From: a virus
Strand: one strand, 5' to 3'
DNA length: 64,000 nt
Virus record (IMG/VR): IMGVR_UViG_3300027788_001769
Coordinates: 32,001 to 96,000 of that record
Part shown: positions 19,352 through 28,523 of the stretch, in pieces
Layout of the letters: each line of letters begins with the position of its first letter
Position numbering within the stretch: position 1 is the first letter of the stretch
Translations under genes and position numbers: made by a program
Notes under the pieces: generated by a model
The model's input: only the letters and a program-made list of their open reading frames with translations
What the model was told of the DNA's origin: nothing
The model's database searches: none

Positions 19352-19867
19352 TTAGATTCCTTTAAATTCGTTTTCTGAAGTTGGGGTACACACTACAGTT
19401 CTATAAAATGGTTTATATCCACCAATGGTATGTGAATTATCATTTGCTATTTTACCATCATTAGCAACAACAAAGTATCTTGTTTTGTCTTCTGTTTCTG
19501 GGTAACCAATATAATCACCATAACTTATATCTACCCCTAGTTCTTTTAAATGTTTAATATAGACACTTAAGGTTAAGTTGCCACTCTCTATATATCTCAT
19601 AATTCCACCAGCATAACTATCATTCACTGGTTGTTCTATTTTTACTAATGCCTTAATCTCTACAGGTGGATAATAACGTATTTCCTCTGGTAAAGCTTCA
19701 CCGTAGACCCTATCACCTACAGTCTTTTCTCTATCTACCCTAAATAAAACTAAAGTAAAATTAAGGTTACCATGTAAGTATTCCATGCCTATTCGTTCAT
19801 GAAGATTCATATCCTCACTTCCGAAAAACTTATTTATTCTTGTTATTGGTACCCTATTTTTTGCCAT
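19352..19867 (-). CDS. Neck/head-closure protein (gp14-like)
   Basis: VYGEA..RYYPPVEIKALV, GDYIGY; adjacent to gp15-like gene. Confidence 0.6.
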   Translation of the reverse strand: MAKNRVPITRINKFFGSEDMNLHERIGMEYLHGNLNFTLVLFRVDREKTVGDRVYGEALPEEIRYYPPVEIKALVKIEQPVNDSYAGGIMRYIESGNLTLSVYIKHLKELGVDISYGDYIGYPETEDKTRYFVVANDGKIANDNSHTIGGYKPFYRTVVCTPTSENEFKGI

Positions 19868-19931
19868 AAAACGTCTTTATACTTTATAAATACTTAGATA
19901 ATGGTTATAATTATTTGTTAAATTATTTAGT

Positions 19932-21665
19932 TTGGATATACAGATACCAGAAAAGAAAGCTATGAATATTTTGGCCTCATATAATGGAGCCAACAATTAT
20001 ATATTGGATATAAGGGAAAAAAGTAATAGTAAATACTATAAATTAGGTCGCTCTCAATCAGAGTACATAATAAAGTATTTTAATGATGTGCCCAAAATAG
20101 CCAGAAAATGGGTGGATATCGACACATATTACGGAGACCAACTACAAGAACAAAAAATATTACCAAAAAAACCTAATAAGATTTGGGTGGAAAAGATATT
20201 GGTACAAAAAGACAAGTCTTTCCATATCTGGGGAAGGGTGATTGAATCTGAAAAACTTTATGCCTTCTGGGTACCAAAATCCCAACTTATACCAGACAAT
20301 AAAGAAAAAATAGAAGTTAACTATCAAGAATTTTCTCATCGTCCACCACTAGAACACCAAAAAGAAGCCATAGAAAAGTTAATAAGTAACAAAAAATTTA
20401 TATTGGCTGACGATATGGGGTTAGGCAAAACTACCGCTGCTGTTATAGCGGCCATAGTTACTAAATCAAAAAAAATACTAGTTATTTGTCCAGCTTCATT
20501 AAAACTTAACTGGAAAAGAGAGATTGAGAACTATAGTAAAGAAAAAATAAGTATTATAGAGGGTAAAAAATGGGAGGATGGAAAATATGTGATAATAAAC
20601 TATGACATATTAAAAAACTTTCACTCACCTAAAGATAAAAATAACACAATAATAAATTCGGGGTTTGATTTGATAATTGTGGATGAAGCACACTACATAT
20701 CAAACAGTAAAGCACAAAGAACAAAAATAGCTAATGGAATAATCGATGTCTCAGAAAGAGCGTGGTTACTGTCTGGAACACCAATGACATCAAGACCAAT
20801 TAATTATTATAACTTACTTAAGTTAGTTGAGAGTAGGGTTTCGGTAAATTGGATTGGTTACGTTACCAGGTATTGTGATGGAAAACAATTTAGGGGTCCT
20901 GGTGGTAGAAAAATATGGAATGTAAGTGGTTCTTCTAACTTAGAAGAATTAAGAGACAGAACAAAAAATAAAGTACTTAGGAGGTTAAAAGAAGATGTAA
21001 TTGATTTACCGGATAAAATAATCACACCAATATACCTAGAACTTAGTTCTTATGAGTATAAAAAAGAAATGGGGGATTATTTAAGTTGGTCTGATGATAG
21101 TCAAGAACAAAACCTGGCGATTCATTTAGCTAAACTAATGAAAGTTAGACAAATTATTGCTAATGAAAAAATAAAAATAACTTGTGACCTAATAGAACAG
21201 TCTCTAGACCAAGAAAAAAAAGTAATTGTATTTACAAATTTTACTAAACCTTTAATGGATATGTACGAAAAATTTAAAGATGTTTCAGTTGTATTACATG
21301 GGTCAATGAAAAAAGAAGATAGACAAGAAAGTGTGGATAAGTTCCAAACAGACCCAAACACCAAAGTGTTTATATCAAATTTAAAATCTGGTGGTGTGGG
21401 GATTACCTTGACTGAGGCTGAAGTGGTAATTATGAACGATTTAAGTTTTGTACCTTCCGACCACTCACAGGCTGAAGACAGGGCTTTTAGAATAGGTCAA
21501 AAGAAAAATGTTTCTTGTATCTACCCTATTTATGAAAACACTATAGAACAAACCATATATACTATTTTACAAAATAAAAAGAATATTATCGATACGGTAA
21601 TGGGAGACAACATAAATGACGAGGATATTCTTTCTGCTATACTTAACGAGTTAAACATTAATTAA
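19932..21665 (+). CDS. SNF2-family helicase (HARP/SMARCAL1-like)
   Basis: ADDMGLGKT, VICPASLKLNW, DEAH, LSGTP, GVGITL, QAEDRAFRIGQ. Confidence 0.92.
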   Translation: MDIQIPEKKAMNILASYNGANNYILDIREKSNSKYYKLGRSQSEYIIKYFNDVPKIARKWVDIDTYYGDQLQEQKILPKKPNKIWVEKILVQKDKSFHIWGRVIESEKLYAFWVPKSQLIPDNKEKIEVNYQEFSHRPPLEHQKEAIEKLISNKKFILADDMGLGKTTAAVIAAIVTKSKKILVICPASLKLNWKREIENYSKEKISIIEGKKWEDGKYVIINYDILKNFHSPKDKNNTIINSGFDLIIVDEAHYISNSKAQRTKIANGIIDVSERAWLLSGTPMTSRPINYYNLLKLVESRVSVNWIGYVTRYCDGKQFRGPGGRKIWNVSGSSNLEELRDRTKNKVLRRLKEDVIDLPDKIITPIYLELSSYEYKKEMGDYLSWSDDSQEQNLAIHLAKLMKVRQIIANEKIKITCDLIEQSLDQEKKVIVFTNFTKPLMDMYEKFKDVSVVLHGSMKKEDRQESVDKFQTDPNTKVFISNLKSGGVGITLTEAEVVIMNDLSFVPSDHSQAEDRAFRIGQKKNVSCIYPIYENTIEQTIYTILQNKKNIIDTVMGDNINDEDILSAILNELNIN

Positions 21666-21714
21666 AATATTTATGGGTATATAGTTATTAAAATATATTT
21701 ATAAATAAAAACGT

Positions 21715-22827
21715 ATGTCATCAGGAATAGACCCAACAGAAAGAAATAAATTATTTACCCAACTAAGACACCAGTTAGGGGCACCTATTATTGGTGTGGA
21801 ATTAGAAGATGAGATGTTAGACTCTCTTTTAGAGCTTGCAATTCAAGATTACGCTATGTATGTCCAAGATTGGTTAATTGAGAACCAGTGGTCTTCTTTA
21901 TATGGGATAAATGTAGATGAGGCTGATTTAGCTAGAGCATTTACAACTAGGAGTTTAGATTGGGAAACTTCATTCACTTACGCATATTCTAAAATTGTTG
22001 GTTTACAAGCTGGAGGTCCTTGGCAATTAAAAAAGGATTTTATTACTCTGGTAAAAGACCAACAGATATACCAAATACCAGCCGGTAGAGAAATAAACGA
22101 AGTTTTATGGTACACCAGACCTGAATTAGACCAATCATTTATCGACCCATTTATGGGTGGTGCTGGTGGAATGGGTGGAATGGGAGGTGGAATGGGAATG
22201 GCTCAAATGGGTATTGTTGGGTCTTACTATATGATGCCTGCTTATGATATACTACTTAGAATGGGTGATAGGAACCTTAAAAATAGATTGATTGGTGGTG
22301 AATTAACCTATAGAATTACTGCTGGACCTGAAGGGTCAAAGTTTCTTCACTTATATAATGTACCTGGTGGTAATTTTGATTTTAGTAATAAATTAATGAA
22401 AAGTGATAGAGTTTGGTATTGGTATTACGATATAGATGGTGATGTTGACGATTGTTATAGACAAAACCCTGACATTATTAGGTTACCTTCTGATGTTCCT
22501 TTACAAGATATAGAATGGTACGAATTAAATTCAGCTGCGAAAGCGTGGGCTAGAAGATATTTTACCGCATTAGCCAAAGAAACCTTGGGTAGGGTTAGGG
22601 GTAAATTTAGTGGTGCATTAAAAATACCAGATAGTGAGTTAACAATGGATTACTCAAGTCTGTCTTCGGAGGCTATAGACGAAAAATCTAGATTAATAGA
22701 AGAATTAACCGGTAGATTAGAAAGGTTACGTCAAGATAAGATGATGGAAAGGAAAGCTAACGAAGCTGAAAACCTAAATAAATCATTACAGTATCGTCCA
22801 TTTCAGGACCCTTATAACGTAATTTAA
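21715..22827 (+). CDS. Neck/head-tail adaptor protein (gp13-like)
   Basis: LGAPIIGVELED, WARRYFTALAKETLGRVRGKF pattern. Confidence 0.75.
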   Translation: MSSGIDPTERNKLFTQLRHQLGAPIIGVELEDEMLDSLLELAIQDYAMYVQDWLIENQWSSLYGINVDEADLARAFTTRSLDWETSFTYAYSKIVGLQAGGPWQLKKDFITLVKDQQIYQIPAGREINEVLWYTRPELDQSFIDPFMGGAGGMGGMGGGMGMAQMGIVGSYYMMPAYDILLRMGDRNLKNRLIGGELTYRITAGPEGSKFLHLYNVPGGNFDFSNKLMKSDRVWYWYYDIDGDVDDCYRQNPDIIRLPSDVPLQDIEWYELNSAAKAWARRYFTALAKETLGRVRGKFSGALKIPDSELTMDYSSLSSEAIDEKSRLIEELTGRLERLRQDKMMERKANEAENLNKSLQYRPFQDPYNVI

Positions 22828-22828
22828 A

Positions 22829-23704
22829 ATGGGATATGATTATTTAGGACAAAGTGGTCTAAGAACAAGAACTGACTTTTCTAGGCAAATTTACCAAAAC
22901 AGGTGTACTACAGCTACAATGTCTGGGTCAACTAACATAGGTGATAATTTAAGAGCTAACTGGTATAGTGCTGACACATATAACTTTACTGTAAGTGCAA
23001 CTACTGGTTCAACAGTGGTATTCGCGTTAAATCAACAACCTAATTTAAATACCTGGGCATCTTCTGTACAGATAAACCCAAACCAAATACCCACAGCAGA
23101 CAATTTAGATTTACAAATTGACCCCGCAACTGGTGAGGTAACAAAACACTCCTCATCATTAAGGTACAAATATGATGTGGAAGTTTTGCCTTTTTCATCG
23201 TACTCTAAATTACTACAATTAGAACCTAAGAAATTTAAATGGACACATAACGGCCAAGAAAGTATTGGTTTGATTGCTGAGGAAGTAGATTCTTTGGGGT
23301 TAAAAGATTTTGTTCATTACGATTCTGAAGGTAAACCAGATGGTGTTAAATACAAACTTTTAGCTGTTGGGTTAATGGGTGTGTTAAAAAATGGGTTACT
23401 TGACGGACTAATAAACTCTGATGAGTCAGATAAAAAATCAATTAAAATTATCAATGAAGACTATACGACCAATAAAGAAGATTATCTAATAGTTAAAGGT
23501 GAGAATAGTAAAATAACTTTAATAGGTGAAGAAGGGTATAAAGTTTATATAAAATCTATGGTAGAATGTTTAGTTAAAACTTCAGTAGGTTTAATAGATG
23601 ACAATTGGGGGTCATTACAACTAGGTTCAGAAAGTTGTATAGAACTTATTTTCACAGAAGGTTCTTGGTACATATTATCATCAGACGGTATTAAGAATTC
23701 CTAA
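22829..23704 (+). CDS. Fibre/spike protein with peptidase S74 intramolecular chaperone domain
   Basis: SSSLRYKYDV..LLQLEPKKFKW..IGLIAEEV..GVKY. Confidence 0.75.
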   Translation: MGYDYLGQSGLRTRTDFSRQIYQNRCTTATMSGSTNIGDNLRANWYSADTYNFTVSATTGSTVVFALNQQPNLNTWASSVQINPNQIPTADNLDLQIDPATGEVTKHSSSLRYKYDVEVLPFSSYSKLLQLEPKKFKWTHNGQESIGLIAEEVDSLGLKDFVHYDSEGKPDGVKYKLLAVGLMGVLKNGLLDGLINSDESDKKSIKIINEDYTTNKEDYLIVKGENSKITLIGEEGYKVYIKSMVECLVKTSVGLIDDNWGSLQLGSESCIELIFTEGSWYILSSDGIKNS

Positions 23705-26401
23705 CTCTTCTAGGAATTTATCTTTGTCCTCACCCATCTTATTCCAAAAAACCATTTCTTCAGGTGAAGCTGTTAATACCTCTTCTAACGTATCTTGGTC
23801 CCCAGGCTTTCTAGACAACCCATTTATTAGGTTACATTGTTTGGTGGTAAAAAATTCTCTGTCCTTTGGGTGTTTCACTATTATAGAATCTCTAACTTCG
23901 TGACCAAAAACAACCAGTAAAGGTTCTACTCTTTTATTAAAAACATTAATATATCTAGCTACATTATAATCACCTAACATACCTGGGTTGTTTTTCATGT
24001 CAGATTCTTTCACCATATAACACCTTAAAATAGTTTGTTTTGTACCATCTTTATTTCTTTTGGACTGTACGTCACCATGGGATAAAGCTGTACCATTATT
24101 GACATAGTATATTGTATCCCCTAAATTAACACTTAAATTATCTTTAATGACTAATTCCATGTGAGCCATTCTAGACATAGGGTTACCAGCTTTATTTACT
24201 TTTTTTGCCCTTTTATGGTACTCATCTAAAGTTAATTTAACTCTAGATTTGTTAGCAATTTTAGCCAAAGGTATTTCTCTATTAAATATTTTAGTATGGT
24301 ACTCGTAATAGTATTCAACAAACTCCTTACCTTTTCCATTTAACAATAAAGTTAGTGCGGTATCCATAAAGTCTACCAGGTATTCCTGTAATGTTTTAGA
24401 TTTAATGGTGTTACCAGTTAATTTTATTTTTCCTTTGTCTGTTAAAAGAGCGTAATTTTTACGAGAAACGTTAATACAGGATGGCCATTGTCCATCAGTA
24501 TCTAAACCCATTTCGTTTATCATAAACAAATCATTATATTCTGCAACATGTGCTTCAGAACCCACATACTCCTTATCCTTAACAACCAACTCGTTATTAC
24601 CTAGACCAACATATGTATGTTCGTTTAACCCCTTTGGACATGAAAAGTTAACACCATCCGTATCTAACACCAAAGGTGAATAATCTCTAACTATAAACCA
24701 AGAAATCATGTGTCTTAGATATTGCCTTCCTGTACAAGTAACTTTTTCTCCCATATCCATATCTCCCCAAGGGAAAACATGTGGTGCTGACAAAGAACCA
24801 AACATAGAATTAATAAAAATCTTAATAGGTAATTGTTTTCTACCGAAGGACTCTGATTTTTTATCATCTACCCCGTAATATTCAGAGGCTAATTTTTTAT
24901 ACTTTATTCTAGTATCTCTAAAATACTTTAACATGCTCTCCATTGCTCCTGACACATCACATTCAGGAAAAACGTTATGTACCAATTGTATAGATGGGTA
25001 TAGTGAACTAAAATCTAACTTTAACACATCTTCTGAATATCCAGTTTTAATTAACCTAGACAACCCACCAACAAAAGGACGCTTTTCCTCCTTTTCTGGT
25101 ATTGCTAACCCTTGGTGGTAAGACCAAGCCAACATTAACATTTTCCATAAAGTAGCTGTACCCATTGTTGATACTCTTTCATATGTTGTTGGTACCATTG
25201 TCGACAATAGAAATGAAGCTTGGTTGAACTGTTCATCAACCCTTAGAGTTTCATCTATATCGTCCTCTAAGTATTTTTTAACCACTCCTTGTCCATTTAA
25301 AATCTCATACGTATTAGGATGTTTATGTATTAAATCCTCTAACCCTGGTGTGTCTACTGACTTATACTTACCTGTTCTCGGGTTAAAAAAGAAATCCTTG
25401 TTTTCTGAGTAGGTTGAAGCAATTTTATCACCGTCAACATATACCCTACTTTCTCTATTAGCACTAATAAATTCTGTTATATACTTAAGACCCCAAGATT
25501 TAATGTCTGAATTAATTGTTTGAGCTCGTCTAACAGAGTGTGCAACATCTATAACATTGTAACCCCACATTTGTGTGCTTTTATATTCCTCTACTTCAGC
25601 ACCTAATTTTAATAATGAATCTTTTCTTTTAAATGGACTATTCGGGTTTAGAGTTGTAACCACATCTCGTATGTTCATCCCTAATATTTCAGCTCTTTTT
25701 TCTAACCAGTCCCAGTCAAAAGACGAAGAGTTGTACCCACCTATGATTGTTGGTTTTATTTGGTGTATGGCATCAAAAAAGTCTCTAATTAACTGTCTTT
25801 CTGATTCATCATCATGAGCATAAAATATTTTACTGTTGCCTCTATTATCTAACATACCCAACAAAAACATCATACCGTCTTGAGGTCTTAAAGACGTTGT
25901 CTCAATATCAAACATTAACCTATGAACTTCTTCATATTCTGTAAATCCCTTGAATAGTCTTTTTTGTGTTTGTGTTAAATATTGTTCTACTGGACTTAAA
26001 ATGGTTATTAGGTGTCTAGTTTCCATAGCCCATGGATTTAATCCACCTTCCCTAAAAAAACTAACTAAATTTCTGTATGTTTTGGTTGTTTTAACTAAAT
26101 AAGTTAGACCATTTTCTAGCCTTTCATTATCTTCAGTTTTTAACTTCTCAATAAGAATACCATGTTTACTCATAGCTTCTTGTTGTCTAATTCTACTATT
26201 TGAATAAAAATTAGTTTGTTTTAAGTTTCCCACCCAAGCAAAAGGGATAAACTTATCCTTCTGAATTGATTTTCCGTTTATTGGGTCTTCTTTTATTTTA
26301 AAAATGGAGTTACTTCTGTAGTCATATTCTACCGCTACAATGTATTTTTCTGGGTCAGTCCCTTCTAGGAACTTTTGGATTACTTCTTGATTGATTTTCA
26401 T
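23681..26401 (-). CDS. Family B DNA polymerase
   Basis: Exo I FDIET, Exo II GYNSSSFD, motif A LDFSSLYPSI, motif B KIFINSMFG, motif C LDTDG; no intein seen. Confidence 0.95.
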   Translation of the reverse strand: MKINQEVIQKFLEGTDPEKYIVAVEYDYRSNSIFKIKEDPINGKSIQKDKFIPFAWVGNLKQTNFYSNSRIRQQEAMSKHGILIEKLKTEDNERLENGLTYLVKTTKTYRNLVSFFREGGLNPWAMETRHLITILSPVEQYLTQTQKRLFKGFTEYEEVHRLMFDIETTSLRPQDGMMFLLGMLDNRGNSKIFYAHDDESERQLIRDFFDAIHQIKPTIIGGYNSSSFDWDWLEKRAEILGMNIRDVVTTLNPNSPFKRKDSLLKLGAEVEEYKSTQMWGYNVIDVAHSVRRAQTINSDIKSWGLKYITEFISANRESRVYVDGDKIASTYSENKDFFFNPRTGKYKSVDTPGLEDLIHKHPNTYEILNGQGVVKKYLEDDIDETLRVDEQFNQASFLLSTMVPTTYERVSTMGTATLWKMLMLAWSYHQGLAIPEKEEKRPFVGGLSRLIKTGYSEDVLKLDFSSLYPSIQLVHNVFPECDVSGAMESMLKYFRDTRIKYKKLASEYYGVDDKKSESFGRKQLPIKIFINSMFGSLSAPHVFPWGDMDMGEKVTCTGRQYLRHMISWFIVRDYSPLVLDTDGVNFSCPKGLNEHTYVGLGNNELVVKDKEYVGSEAHVAEYNDLFMINEMGLDTDGQWPSCINVSRKNYALLTDKGKIKLTGNTIKSKTLQEYLVDFMDTALTLLLNGKGKEFVEYYYEYHTKIFNREIPLAKIANKSRVKLTLDEYHKRAKKVNKAGNPMSRMAHMELVIKDNLSVNLGDTIYYVNNGTALSHGDVQSKRNKDGTKQTILRCYMVKESDMKNNPGMLGDYNVARYINVFNKRVEPLLVVFGHEVRDSIIVKHPKDREFFTTKQCNLINGLSRKPGDQDTLEEVLTASPEEMVFWNKMGEDKDKFLEELGILNTV

Positions 26402-26431
26402 ATGTTTAATTTTAACGTTTGTAATATTGGC

Positions 26432-26447
26432 TTCGTGAGTTCACGAA
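26432..26447 (-). promoter_or_regulatory. Hairpin in the polB 5' leader
   Basis: Inverted repeat TTCGTGA..TCACGAA about 30 nt upstream of the ATG. Confidence 0.4.
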
Positions 26448-26499
26448 TTCTACTTAACACTAAATTAAATATATGAATTAAATTAAATTAAATCAAATA

Positions 26500-26889
26500 T
26501 TAAAATGATTTACATTGACTTCTAACAAAACTATCATTTATATTAATAAATAAATCGTCTCTAACTGGAACAATTAACTCAGAACCATCATCAATAAAAG
26601 TTATATCGAACTGTGCTTGGTACCTACCGACTTCCGAAGTGTCCGAGGACTGCCAACGATAATATATGTAGTATTCGACCGGTGCATTAGGTTCAATACT
26701 AGTCTTAGATACTATACCTGCTGACTTATTAAGGATGACAAATTCACCAGTATCTTCTCTTCTCATAGAAAACCCTATAGAAGAATTTGCTAACTTATCA
26801 TGGAAACTCATATAGTCATTTCTCCCATCTTGGATGAGTTGCATTTTAAGTATTGGTTCGGTAGCATCTTTTCTAATAAAAAATTCCAT
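26500..26889 (-). CDS. BppU-N-like (Ig-like) virion attachment protein
   Basis: FFIRKDATEPILKMQL..YYRWQSSDT..GRYQAQFDITF..LIVP. Confidence 0.55.
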   Translation of the reverse strand: MEFFIRKDATEPILKMQLIQDGRNDYMSFHDKLANSSIGFSMRREDTGEFVILNKSAGIVSKTSIEPNAPVEYYIYYRWQSSDTSEVGRYQAQFDITFIDDGSELIVPVRDDLFININDSFVRSQCKSF

Positions 26890-26896
26890 ATCTTAT

Positions 26897-28132
26897 TTAG
26901 AATTGGGTTTTTCTATAAACAACATTTATAGCAAAATTATCGTAGTTTGCAACTGGAGACCCCTGTCCGTCTGGTTTCCCTTGAGTGGCAATCATGATTG
27001 GTTGTCCTAACCCCATATTAGTTAAATTGGTGGCCTTATCTGTACTGATAGATTGGAAAGAAGTTAATGGTGGTTGTATAAATTTACTATATACGGTACC
27101 ATTACCAGTTTGACCACTTAAAAATGTTGGGGAATAAAACATAGCTCCTTCATGCATGTACGTTGTAGCTGTCGTACCAGAAGACACTAAGTAAACATTA
27201 GTGTTAGCTGAATATGGTTGGTCACCAGTTAAATTACCTAAATAATTAAATTTACCAGTTACTGTTATAACGTCTAATAATTCGTTAGCTCCTGGAGCTT
27301 CAATTAACGTTATTCTATTGTGGTATGAATCTAACACAGCTGTTTGTGCTGAGGTTACCTGTACTGTTTGAGTTAAAATTTCACTAGATGGTCCGGTAAA
27401 TCCACCTGTAGTTCCAGATGGTGATGATATACTTTGTAAAGTAATCCCACTAGAACTAACGCTACCAAAAGACCCGGTTGAGGAAGTACCTATTAAACCT
27501 TCAGTAGAAGATAGTTGTAGGACTGATGTTCCAGAAACCTCAATAGTCATTCCTGTTGGTGTAATTATTATTTGGTGTGAGTTACTAGGGTCGTGCATTC
27601 TAAACTGATATTCGTTACTATCTGGTAACGAACCAATACTAGCTGTATCTCCAGACCCGTTAGATAGGTTAAAGTATGTATTTGCATAACACGATGTAGG
27701 TAAACTACCAGTGGTAAAACAAACACCCGTAGTACTAATTACAACATTATCTTCTAAAAGATTATTGTAAGCTGCAAATGATAAAGCGTCTGTTGCTTGT
27801 GTAGTTGTTGTATTGTAGTTAGCGGTTTGTGTCGTACCAGTAGACGCTAAATATATCCTACCCATTACTGACGCAGTCATAGATGTAAGGGTTAGTAATG
27901 CATTCATATCTACATCAGCTTTAAAGGCTAATCCCCTATCGTTGGTTAATTCCTCGTCTAAATAAGGTATGACCAATTGGTTACCCGACGAATCTATTGC
28001 TGTTAAGTGGTTTAAATTTCCAGACCCGTCTGGAATTAAGGCATCTGACCCAGCAAAAAACGTCACATATGGACTTGCTGGTGTTGTTATACCTGATTTA
28101 GCTTCTTTATAAAATCTAATTTTTGCTGGCAT
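26897..28132 (-). CDS. Ser/Thr/Gly-rich virion (fibre-like) protein
   Basis: Composition and position in the late operon. Confidence 0.55.
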   Translation of the reverse strand: MPAKIRFYKEAKSGITTPASPYVTFFAGSDALIPDGSGNLNHLTAIDSSGNQLVIPYLDEELTNDRGLAFKADVDMNALLTLTSMTASVMGRIYLASTGTTQTANYNTTTTQATDALSFAAYNNLLEDNVVISTTGVCFTTGSLPTSCYANTYFNLSNGSGDTASIGSLPDSNEYQFRMHDPSNSHQIIITPTGMTIEVSGTSVLQLSSTEGLIGTSSTGSFGSVSSSGITLQSISSPSGTTGGFTGPSSEILTQTVQVTSAQTAVLDSYHNRITLIEAPGANELLDVITVTGKFNYLGNLTGDQPYSANTNVYLVSSGTTATTYMHEGAMFYSPTFLSGQTGNGTVYSKFIQPPLTSFQSISTDKATNLTNMGLGQPIMIATQGKPDGQGSPVANYDNFAINVVYRKTQF

Positions 28133-28175
28133 CTTTTATTTATTTATTTCTTTTTTATTCAACTACGTTATATTC

Positions 28176-28496
28176 TTAAGGGTTTAACATCAATTCACCA
28201 TCTAATTCCATTGTGCCCTGTATTACATAAGTATCTGCATGGTTAACTTGGGAATTAACTAAAATCCTAAATTTATCTCCAAAAGGAAGAGGACTAGGGT
28301 GTGACCCCAAAGTCATTAAAGTAAGTGCATCATTTATTTGAGTCACACCATTAAATCTTTGTGGTGAATGATTTAAATAAATAATGTCGTTAAATCTACT
28401 ATCTGCACTAAATTGTGCTACGTCTAGAAAGGTGGTAGTTAACGGTATGTCCCCACCCTGGAAGTTCTCAACAATATTTTTACACTTACACGACAT
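28176..28496 (-). CDS. Hypothetical (probable virion) protein
   Basis: ORF in the same operon. Confidence 0.55.
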   Translation of the reverse strand: MSCKCKNIVENFQGGDIPLTTTFLDVAQFSADSRFNDIIYLNHSPQRFNGVTQINDALTLMTLGSHPSPLPFGDKFRILVNSQVNHADTYVIQGTMELDGELMLNP

Positions 28497-28523
28497 ATAT
28501 TCTCTTTATTATTAAATATCTTT

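Noticed and set aside
22150-22215. GGM repeats (GGAGGMGGMGGGMGM) in the neck protein, resembling the GroEL tail
   Set aside because: Low-complexity flexible loop; no chaperonin homology
23681-26401. Possible intein or intron in PolB, or stop-codon reassignment
   Set aside because: Motifs are contiguous at normal length; ORFs tile densely with the standard code, using TAA, TAG and TGA stops
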